Assembly (NCBI GenBank): GCA_030704615.1
Contig: CM060733.1
Coordinates: forward strand, 10,850,001 to 10,914,000
Reading direction: 5' to 3'
From: Takakia lepidozioides
Taxonomy: Eukaryota > Plantae > Bryophyta
Length of the DNA: 64,000 nt
Numbering within the stretch: position 1 is the stretch's first letter; every line of letters begins with the position of its first letter. Made by a program: the position numbers and the translations under genes. Positions 25,289 to 35,814 of the stretch are shown here, piece by piece. The notes below the pieces were generated by a model that made no database searches, was not told the origin of the DNA, and saw nothing but the letters and a program-made list of their open reading frames with translations.

Positions 25289-28200
25289 ATGGCGAAGTGC
25301 TGCGCGGCTCTCCTGAGCGCGCAGCTAGAATCCACACCCAAGACGCCGCCTTCTTCTTGCGATGCACAGGCGGAAGGACTCACAGCAGGCAGCAGATTAG
25401 CTGGGCAGGCTGTGGAGCTGAAATGGGCATCCACCTTGGCAATGTCGGACCAGAGATCCTTGCAAGTGTTGGATACTCCGGCATACAATTCTGCAGGGAG
25501 ACCGAAGACAGGTGTGTGGACATGGACTTTTTTGAGGTTGCTAAATTGTGTGCGTCAGAGGCATCCAGGCTCCAAATTGCCCTTGACCCATGTCAGCAGA
25601 AACTGGTGAAAGATGTCAACTGCATGATCATATAAGGGCAGATGAACTTGAGTATATGTTCACTCTGTTATCCTACTCGATCAGCTTCTTCAGGACATCC
25701 TTTGGCATCTGTTGCGTCTGGTTGCCTTAGTTGATTTGAATTCATTGCATAAGAGAGGAACTTATTTACATTGCTAGCTTGGGGCCATTGTCCCTGTGGG
25801 ATACCCTGGTACTTTGGGAATGGGCATCGGTTTTCTCTCAGGGTGGGAGTTACGCCATAGCTCGCGCATAGTTGATGGAATTCCCTGTCCCTGCTCCAAG
25901 AGGTGGAAGCATATTGAGCTAACTAGCCCTCAACTTACCACACATGTAACATACAGTGCTGTAGTCCGTTTGCAGAATCGTAACTGCAAATGCCGGTCAC
26001 ACCCAGGTATGGAGAAGTGCGGGGAGAGAGAGAGTGTGTATAGTTTTGGGAACAACCAACACAGCTAGTATTGGCAATATGACTCGGAGATCCTAAGGAC
26101 CTGTGTTTGCCCGTGGTTCCATGCAGACCCAGATCCTTCGCAGTGGTGGGACAACAGGTTTGATAAGGTGAGTCTACCTTATATTAGTACACAGTCCTTT
26201 CTCTTCCTAGAACAAATTCCTTTCCTAAGCTAGGCCGGTCATCTGTGTCTATGGACTGGTGTCATGGTTTCCATTGCTAATCCACAATAGCGGTGAAGTT
26301 GGTTTCGTCAAAGTTGAGGCCTGCTGTTTCAAGAGGTGCTACTGGAGTTTTGGAAGTTGTGGCCTGGTTTATGTGATGTTGTAGTTGAAGCTATAGCTGC
26401 TGAGCTGCCCACTCTGGGGTTTCACAGAAAACTCCGAGATCACCAGACTTCAGACATATGCTCACAAAGGAGGTCCCTTGGATTGAGGATGGGTCAAGCC
26501 CCCTCCAGGTGAAAGCAGAGCTAGCGGCCATGATACAAGGTGGAGCACACTATGGTGATGATTCCAATGTCAATGTCCGCCATGGAGCTCCAAGCCAAGA
26601 ATACACCCGGTATTGTGTTGATGATGATGATGATGATTCAAGGAATTCAACGCAAGTAGATAGAATGGTACAGTATATTCTGACTCTATTTGTGACTGCA
26701 CCACTTGTGCACCCTTGTTGATATGTACTAAGAAGCTATGTCATAACGGGACATTTCTTTGAGTAGTACGACATTTGAGATATCTGTGTGAGTTTCAGCT
26801 AAAAGGTTTGTAGCTAACAGTTTTCATTCATGCAGGATAGCAGGGTTTCGTGAGGCACAGGTGCTTGTTGGACATCCGACTGGCGGTAGGGATAGCACCT
26901 CCACTGTTGCCACTGTTTGTGAACAAGTGCCCCGAGCGGAAGTCAAGAAGAACTCTTCTAGCACTTGGGGAAGTATGAAGACCCGATGTAAGGCAGGCCC
27001 ACTGCAAGAGGCATTGCTCACTTTGAACCGGGGAGGGATGCGGGCGGACTCCAATACGTATGTCTGTCTCTTGCAGGAGTGCATCAACATGAAAGACCTT
27101 GCAGAGGGGAAGCAGGTGCATGCCCACATTATCCAAACTGGATTCAAGCCAAACGTCTTTCTTTTCAACACCCTTATCAACATGTATGCCAAGTGTGGGA
27201 GCTTGGTGGATGCACGACAAGTGTTTGACAAAATTCCTGAACGAGATATGTTTTCATGGACTATGATGATGGCAGGATATGCCAAGCATGGGCATGCTGA
27301 GGATGCTTTGAATATCTATGCGCAAATGCAACAGGAAGGACTCACACCTGATAGGGTTACGTTTATATGCATTCTCAAGACATGTGCAAGCCTAGGTGCC
27401 CTGGAAAAGGGTAAGGAGGTCCATGGTCACATCATCAAAGCTGGAATTGGGTCATATGTTAATTTGGAGAATAGCCTTGTTGACATGTATGCCAAATGCG
27501 GGAGCATCAAGGATGCACGTCAAGTTTTTGACAATATGGTTACACGTGATGTGGTCTCGTGGAGTGCGATGATCATAGGATATGCTCAGCATGGGTGTGG
27601 TAGGGAGGCTTTCGAGATCTATGAGGACATGCAACTTGAAGGGGTGACCCCTGACAGGGTCACCTTCATTTGTGTTCTGAATGCCTGTGCAAGCTTAGGA
27701 GCCCTGGAGAAGGGCAGACAGGTCCATGGTGCTATCATCAAAGCTGGAGTTGGGTCATATATTAATCTGGAAAACAGCCTTGTTGATATGTATGCTAAAT
27801 GCGGGAGCATGAAGGATGCACGTAGAGTTTTTGACAAGATGCCTAAAAGAGATGTGGTCTCGTGGAATGCTGTAATTGCAGGATATTCTCAGCCTGGATA
27901 TGGTAGGGAGGCTTTGAAGATCTATGAGCGAATGCAACGACAAGGGGTTGTGCCTGACAGGGTCACGTTTATTTGTGTTCTAAATGCATGTGCCAGCCTA
28001 GGAGTCCTAGACAAGGGCAAGCAGGTCCATGCTGACATCATGAAAACTGTAATTGAGTTGGATATTATTCTGGAGACTGCTCTTGTTGACATGTATGCCA
28101 AATGCGGGAGCATGAAGGATGCACGTCAAGTGTTTGACAATATGGTTGAACGAAATGTGGTCTCATGGAGTACAATGATCGCAGGATATGCGCATCATGG

Positions 28201-29383
28201 GTTTGGTAAGGAGGCTTTTGGATTCTACGCGCAAATGCAATTGGAAGGGGTGACACCCGACAGGGTCACATTTATTTGTGTTCTCAATGCATGTGCTACC
28301 CTGGGAGCCCTGGAAAAGGGAAAAGAAGTCCATGCTGATATCATCAAAGATGGAATTGCCTCATACACCAAGTTGGAGAATACACTTGTTGACATGTATG
28401 CCAAATGTGGGAGCATAAAGGATGCACGTCAGGTATTTGATGAAATGGCTGAACGAGATGTGGTCTCGTGGACTGCAATGATCGCAGGATATGCCCAGCA
28501 TGGGCTAGGGACAGAGGCTCTGCAATTGTTTGAAAAAATGCAACAAGAAAACTTGAAGCCGAATGGTATCACCTTTATATCTCTTCTATCTGCTTGTAGC
28601 CATGTGGGCCTGGTGGAAGAAGGTCGCCATTACTTTGACTCCATGAGTTTGGATTGTGGTCTCACTCCTACACTCGAACATTTTGGCTGCATGGTGGACA
28701 TTCTTGGCCGTGCAGGGCGATTGAAAGAGGCAGAGGACTTTATTGATACAATGCCTATTGAACCAGATGCTTCTGTGTGGGGGGCCTTGCTTGGTGCCTG
28801 CAGAATTCATGGCAATGTGAAGCTAGCAGAACGTTCGGCAAAAAGTGTTCTCAAGTGTGAACCGCAGCACGCTGCAGCTTATGTGCTGCTATCAAATATT
28901 TATGCTGTGGCTGGCAGGTGGGAGAGTAGAGCAAAGGTGAGGAAAATAATGGAGGAAAGAGGTGTCAGAAAGGATTCAGGCCGCAGCTGCATTGAGATTG
29001 ACAATGAGGTCCATACATTCTTTGCAGAAGACAAATTGCATCCACAAATTGGGGAAATCCACGCTGAGCTAAGGAGCTTGTCTGGGCGGATGAAAGATGC
29101 CGGTTACGTGCCTGATACGCGCTTTGTGTTGCATGAATTGGAGGAAGATCAAAAGGAACTTTCTCTGTGCTACCACAGTGAGAGGCTGGCCATTGCTTAT
29201 GGGCTCATCAGCGCGCCCCCTGGGACACCAATCCGTGTCATTAAGAACCTTCGGGTGTGTGGTGACTGCCACAGTGCCACCAAGTTCATCTCAAAGATTG
29301 TCGGGCGAGCAGTTGTTGTACGGGATGCAAACCGCTTTCATCACTTCCAAGATGGGGTTTGCTCTTGTGGGGATTACTGGTGA
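25289..29383 (+). CDS. PPR gene C: leader + PDF motif + PLS-E1-E2-DYW protein (5 S-P units), 4 exons, frame fully open
   Basis: Exons 25289-25511 (MAKCCAALLSAQLES...VELKWAS, phase 1), 26127-26167 ([14 protein letters not shown]|gtgagt), 26428-26609 (KTPRSPDFRHMLTKEVPWIE...VKAEL, phase 2) and 26836-29383 (IAGFREAQVLVGH...HSERLA...CGDCH...CSCGDYW). Splice phases join without stops. Confidence 0.9.
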
Positions 29384-30445
29384 GACAAGCAAGACGCCCA
29401 AAAGAAATTCTATCCCTCCAAACTTGAAGATGGGAAAAGCTACAATTTTTTGTATTTTTACAATCAAAGTGTAAAGTTGAAAATGACAACATCTTTCATG
29501 AAATGCAATAGCTAGTAACTGCCTGGGTGATGGGTACAACAATGTTGTCATGCAATAATACCCTAGATAGCATCTCTTGACAGGCCGCAAGTTCACAAAG
29601 TGATGTTGACAAGATTGAGGAACACTTGGTATGGAATTCATCGGCGTGACTAGGCAATTTCGTATATCTCATGATGCCTGTTACTCCAGTTGTCACGAGC
29701 TGGAGAAGCTTTCAGACTGATAGCTCTCAAAAGCAGGCGCCCCACCATTGGGAATGTGAGAGTTGAGCTTCCAGTTTGCAGTCTTAATCAAACCAAATAA
29801 AACTATTTGTGGGTTCTTGATTCCAAGTGGCTACAGAGTGGCAATACATTGAAGCTGCTACAGTTTGTGCAGATAAGTTGCAAGTTTGATTGATTTCCAG
29901 GGTGCACTTCCCATTTAGTGACTCAGCCAAAGTCAGCGATATGATGCTATGGCTCTCTACCAAATTTGTACCAAATTTGTATGCATGGCACATAAAGAGA
30001 AAAGTGTGCTGACAGCCAACATGGTTTTGGTGTCTACACTTAGAAAATTTTATGCCTTTGCTCCCTAATTGAAGTCTCATCCATATGAAGTGCACTTGAG
30101 TATGTTCACCAGTGGATGGGTGGTCACTGGATTTCTATTTTACTGAATGGAAAGACTAGTCTTGGCAAAAAGTTTGTTTGTGATTTCGCACTACAGGCGT
30201 TCTGTGGATACTGATCAGCAGTTAAGTGAACTTCATTCCTTATGTTCCGTTGAGTCTTAGTATGTTGTAGGCCTTGAAACTCGGGACTGAAGTAATGTTC
30301 AACACTCTGGTGGAAGAGGAAATCCCCAATCAGGTGTTATCAATCTAAAAAATAATTGAAAGCAACATGTGTGGAGGAAATGAGAGACAACGGCTCACTA
30401 TGATCTTTCTGGCTTCACCCATGTTCTACAGTGAATGTTGCATGT

Positions 30446-33400
30446 TCACCAGTAATCCCCACAGGAACAAGCCCCATCATGGAAGTGGTGAAAGCGGTTG
30501 GCATCTCGTACAACAATTTCCCGGCCAACAACCTTGCAGATGAATTTGGTGGCAGTGTGGCAGTCACCACACACCCTAAGGTTCTTGATTATACGGATAG
30601 GCGTCCCAGGGGTAGTGCTTATGAGCCCATAAGCAATGGCCAGCTTCTCACTGTGGTAGCAAAGAGAAACTTCTTTTTGCTCCTCCTCCACATCATGCAA
30701 TACAAAGCGTGTATCAGGTACGTATCCGGCCTCCTTCATCTGCTCCGCCAACCTCTTTAGCTCAACATGGATTTCTTGGATTTGAGGATGTGACTTGTCT
30801 TCTACAACAAATGTATGCACGCAGCTGTTGACCTCAATGCAGCTGCGACCTGGCTCCTTCCTGATGCCTCTTTCCTCCATCAATTTTCTCACCTTTGTTT
30901 TTTCATCCCATCTGCCAGCTGCAGCATAGATGTTCGAAAGGAGCACGTAAGCTGCAGCGTTTTGTGGATCTGTCATGAGAATGCTTTTTGCCGCATGTTC
31001 TGCTAGCACCATATCACCGTGAATTCTGCAGGCACTGAGCAAGGCCCCCCACACTGAAGCATCCGGTTCCATAGGCATTGTGCTAATGAAGTACTCAGCC
31101 TCACCCAATCGGCCTGCACGGCCAAGAAGGTCCACCATGCAGCCAAAGTGCTCCAGTGTAGGAGTGAGGCCATAATCTCGACTCATGGAATCAAAGAAAT
31201 GACGGGCTTCCTCCAATAGGCCAACATGACTGCATGCAGAGAGAAGAGATACAAAAGTGATGCCATTTGGCTTCAAGCCTTCCTGTTGCATTTTGTCAAA
31301 GAGTCGTAGGGCCTCCCAACCATACCCATGCTGTGCACATCCTGCGATCATTGCACTCCATGAGACCACGTCTCGCTGGGCCATATTGTCGAACACTTGT
31401 CGCGCATCCTTCATGCTCCCACATTTTGCATACATGTCTACAAGGGTATTTTCTAAATTTACATATGGTGCAATTCTAGCCTTGATGATGTCAGCATGGA
31501 CCTCTTTACCCCTATCCAGGACTCCTAAGTTGGCACATGCATTGAGAATGCAAATGAATGTGACCTTGTCAGGAGTCACTCCTTCCCTGTGCATTTGTTC
31601 ATAGATTCTGAAAGCTTCCTTAATATACCCATGCTGGGCATACCCTGCGATCATTGCACTCCATGAGACCACATTTCGTTTGGCCATATTGTCAAACACT
31701 TGTCGCGCATCCTTCATGCTCCCGCATTTAGCATACATGTCAACAAGGCTATTCTCCAAGATAATTTCTGACACAATTCCAGCTTTGATGGCGTCAGCAT
31801 GAACCTCTCTGCCCTTTTCCAGGGTTCCCAGGCTGGCACATGCATTGAGAACACAAGTGAATGTGACCTGGTCGGGCATCAGCCTTTCGTGTTGCAATTG
31901 CTCATAGACCTGCAAAGCCTCTCTACCACACCCCTGCTGAGCATATCCTGCAATCATGGCATTCCATGAGACCAGATCTCGTTTTACCATATTGTCAAAC
32001 ACTTGACGCGCCTCCTTGATGCTCCGGCATTGGCCATAATGTTAATAAGGCTGTTTTCCAGATTAATATATGAAGCAATTCCAGTTTCATAGGTTCAATG
32101 TGGATGTGTTTGCCCTTTTCCAAGGATCCTAGAGTGGCACATGAATTCACAACAGAAATAAAAGTGACCCTGTCAGGCATTACCCCATCTGCTTGCATCT
32201 GCTCATACATCTTGCAAGCCTCATCACCACAGCCATGCTGAGCATATCCGGCAATGATTGCATTCAATGACACCACATCTCGTTCGGGCATATTGTCAAA
32301 CACTTGCCGGGCATCCTGCATGCTCACACATTTGGCATACATGTCAACAAGGTTATTTTCCAAATTAATATACGGGGCAATTCCAGCGTTGATGATGTCA
32401 GAATGGACAGCATTAACCGTTTGCAGGGCTCCTAGGCTTGCACACGCAATGAGAACACATACGAACGTGACCTTGTTGGGGATCACCCCTTTCCATTTCA
32501 TTTGCTCATAGATCTAAAAAGATCCCCTAGCACACCCATTCTTTGTATACCCTGCCATCATCATAGTCCACGAAAACATATCTCGTTCAGGCATGTTGTC
32601 AAACACTTGGCGTGCATCTTGAAGGCATCTGCATCTGGAATACAATATTATAAGAGTGTTCAGCAGAAAGATGCTTGGCTTGAATCCACTTTGGACAATG
32701 TGGGCATGCACCTGCTTTCCCTTTGCAACGTCCTTCACATTGATACACTCCTGCAAGAGACAGACGTAAGTATTGGAGTCAACCTGAATGTCTTGTTGGT
32801 TCAAGATGTTCAGTGATTCCTTCAGCTGTCCTGCCTTGCATAGGATCTTAACATCCAAACAAGTTCTAGAAGTGTTCATGTTGACTCCTCTTGGTCCTCC
32901 TTACGAAGAAGTGGTGATATTGAAGGTGGTATGCTGGCTGCCAGTCTGATGTCTATCAAACAACCATTCCTGATTCAAACCTGTCAACCTGCATGATTCA
33001 AACTTTCAGTTTCAAAACTTGGAGACTGTGACTCAGGTATATCTGTTCAAAGCTAATATTCAAAGAATCATCATGAGGAGAGGTTTCTTAATACTTTGGT
33101 TGCAAAATGACGGGAGTCATCTAATTTGAGAATAAACCATACCAATTCATTCTACCTTTTATATTCTTGGCCTAGAGCTCCATCATGTACATCGACATTA
33201 GAGGTAGCACCAGACTGTACTGGACCTTGCATCATGGCAGCCAGCTCTGCTTTCACCCAAGGGGGATTCGACCAACTCTCAATCCACCGGACGTCCTTCG
33301 TGCACTTATGTATGAAGTCTGGTGATCTTGGACTTCTCTGTGGAACCCCCAGTGGAGAGCAACTGAGCAGCCATAGCTTCAACCACAGCTTGTGCAAACC

Positions 33401-34562
33401 AGGACTACAACTACCAAAGCTGCTAAACAAGAAGCGCCTACTGATGCCAAGGTCATAACCAAAGCTGCCTATCATGATGAAGAGCGAATTGTCATTTATC
33501 TAAGCAAATAGAGACACAATCCAGTCCACAAAATGTCATCGTGACCTTCCTCCACAAAGTCTTTCACTCCCACTGATGATAGCCTCACCTTATCAAACCT
33601 GTTGTCCCACCACTGTGAAGGATTTGAAAAGAACTCCTGCCAGAGGAGTTCGGTGGGTCATGGATTGACCTGCATGTCAAAAGTGCAAAGAAGAGTATTA
33701 TGCCACATTGCGGTGGCCTCATTCCTTATAAAGAGTGCTAGGTGTAGGTTGGCTAACATTTGAAGCACAAAAGAAAAAGATGTTGCACAAGACACTGAGA
33801 ATGTGGTGGAGAGACTGCCCTCCAAACCAGGCTGATCGTGGGTCATACTCACATTTCTCCATAGACGGTCTTTGACCAGACTCAGAGCTTGGACCATAAT
33901 CTGCCACCCCGGCAGAATCTGGACTGCCATCTTGAAACTTCAACGGAGATCCGACATTTACACCGGAATTAGAGCTGTACTCTGATATCCATCCCCCATC
34001 GCACTGCGCTCGATCTGGTGTCATGGTAGCTAGCTCTGCCATCACTCAACCGGGATATCAAGGGCTATGACTGCAAGCTAGCCATTTACTTGAGTATCTC
34101 TCAATGAAATGAAAGCAATATACCAGAAGTCTAGATGCTACAGGAGCTAATGGAGGAGGACAAGGGTGTACATTATTCTCACATTCCTTAGAGCCTCTGT
34201 ATGACGATACTTCGAACTTTTTCCACCAAAATGGCTGTAGCTTCTGCTGGTATGGGTCAAGGCCAATTTGGAAACCTGGATAGCTCCGAGGCTCACAATT
34301 TTGAGACCCAAATATAACGCAAATGAATCCATGTCTACCTATAGTCTATACCTTTCTTCGGACTTGCTGGAGGTTGGAGCAGGGTCATCACAACTTGCGA
34401 GGATCTCGGTCCCGGTATTGCCGAGGTGGATGCCAGTTTCAACTCCATAGCCTGGCTCTTCAATCTGCTGCATGATGTGAGGTCCCCCGCCCTTTCAGCA
34501 CTGGGAGTGATTGGTCTGGCCTCTGGCTGCGTGCTCACAAGAGCCCATGAGCCTGCTACCAT
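30446..34562 (-). pseudogene. PPR gene D: disrupted PDF-PLS-DYW paralogue; the 3' 518 codons including the DYW domain remain open
   Basis: Exons 34562-34352 (MVAGSWALVSTQPEA...MELKLAS), 33669-33589 ([21 protein letters not shown], 81 bp, a +1 frameshift), 33337-33156 (RSPRSPDFIHK...WSNPPWVKAEL) and about 32988-30446. Lesions in the last exon: in-frame TAA 32903-32901, TAG 32516-32514, and frameshifts near 32085 and 32030. Confidence 0.88.
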
Positions 34563-34709
34563 CGCTCGCCAGAGGAAAACAACAAGACATACTATCGATT
34601 TTTGTAGCAGTAGGGAGATCGTTCCCGTGTGCCAGTATTTGTAGACTTTACAGGAAGTGGTGTTTTTGCTTTTCTTAGAAGAAAATCAAATGGGTAACGG
34701 CAGTTCAAT

Positions 34710-35150
34710 CCATGATGGCCCCCCTTTGGGCTGTGCAATCCGTTCGATTTCTTCTTCATGGGTTCCGGGTGGGCTCCCACAACCTACGAATAGAGACTGG
34801 CAGATGACAAAACCTGCAGCGGGAGGACCGCCTATGTCCTGCTTGCACAGGGGGAATTGAAACTGAAGAACACTTCTTCTCTATACTACGAGATGCGTGG
34901 GAGATTCCACTGTCTATTCCGCGGAACCCAATCTCTCACTGAAGTCTTCCACTATGAGGATCAGAAATGCTTGGCAGCTTACCTGCAAGAGGCACTCCCC
35001 TTTTAGACAATCACTCGAGCAATAGTTTTTATCTTTGGCTCTGGTTTTGTTTCCTCTCTCGTGTTTTCTTCCATTTTGTCCCATAAGCTCTATGAGCTTG
35101 AGTCAGCGGACGTTATACAGCACCATTTCATTTCATTTCATTTCATTTCA
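34710..35150 (+). mobile_element. 3' fragment of non-LTR retrotransposon family B with (CATTT)n tail
   Basis: Near-identical to 48110-48530 (ggttccgggtgggctcccacaacctac...gaagaacacttcttc...gaggatcagaaatg) and ends in catttcatttcatttcatttca. Confidence 0.85.
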
Positions 35151-35814
35151 ATTATGGGAGTATGAGTAGTGGTCACTCTGGAATGGAACCTCAATTTACT
35201 GGACACCACACTACCAAAGCAGTCGGTCATTGAAAGCAACAGCTGGGAGCGAAGTCACGCTTCATGCCAACCTCCAGATCTGATCTTTGAGCACAGTTCA
35301 CATCCAGCTTCTTTTCCAAATTGTATTCCATGGTGGACAAAGTACCAACAACTAAAATCATTTGTCGACTTAATAGAACTGCAAATGCGACTCTTGCATT
35401 GCAATTCTGGGGGGGCTGCGTATCCAGTAGAGAAGAATCAATCTGAAAGCCTCTCCACTCTTGTGGCCTCTAGAAAGTGTCAACAAGTATAGGGAAAATT
35501 GGAAGAAGGCATCTTCTCAAATCATTATCCTCTGAACACCCACCCACTCTTTCTGATTCTTTTGGAAATCCTTGTTTAACTTTTTGTACAGCATAGTCTA
35601 TTCATATCTTCACGGGACTTCACTGGTGCTGTTTGATAATCATACTTACCATAAAATATGATCATCACCATTGGCAGCTCACAAAAATGTGGCACTGCCT
35701 GTCCCACTGAATGACAATCAATTACTAGTTCTCACTTCACTCTTTGCTCTTTAAATAATGGCCTTTCCTTTACTGCGTTGAGCAACCTGTGTCCTTTCTT
35801 GCATGTTGCTTGTT

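Noticed and set aside
25009-25635. 208-aa ORF upstream of gene C
   Set aside because: No recognisable motif. The overlapping frame from 25289 is the one conserved in D and E and has the correct splice phase.
26133-26167. Alternative reading [11 protein letters not shown] of the conserved micro-exon
   Set aside because: The [11 protein letters not shown] frame extends to LWxxF in D and E, ends in phase 0 and joins the PDF exon in frame; the alternative frame does not.
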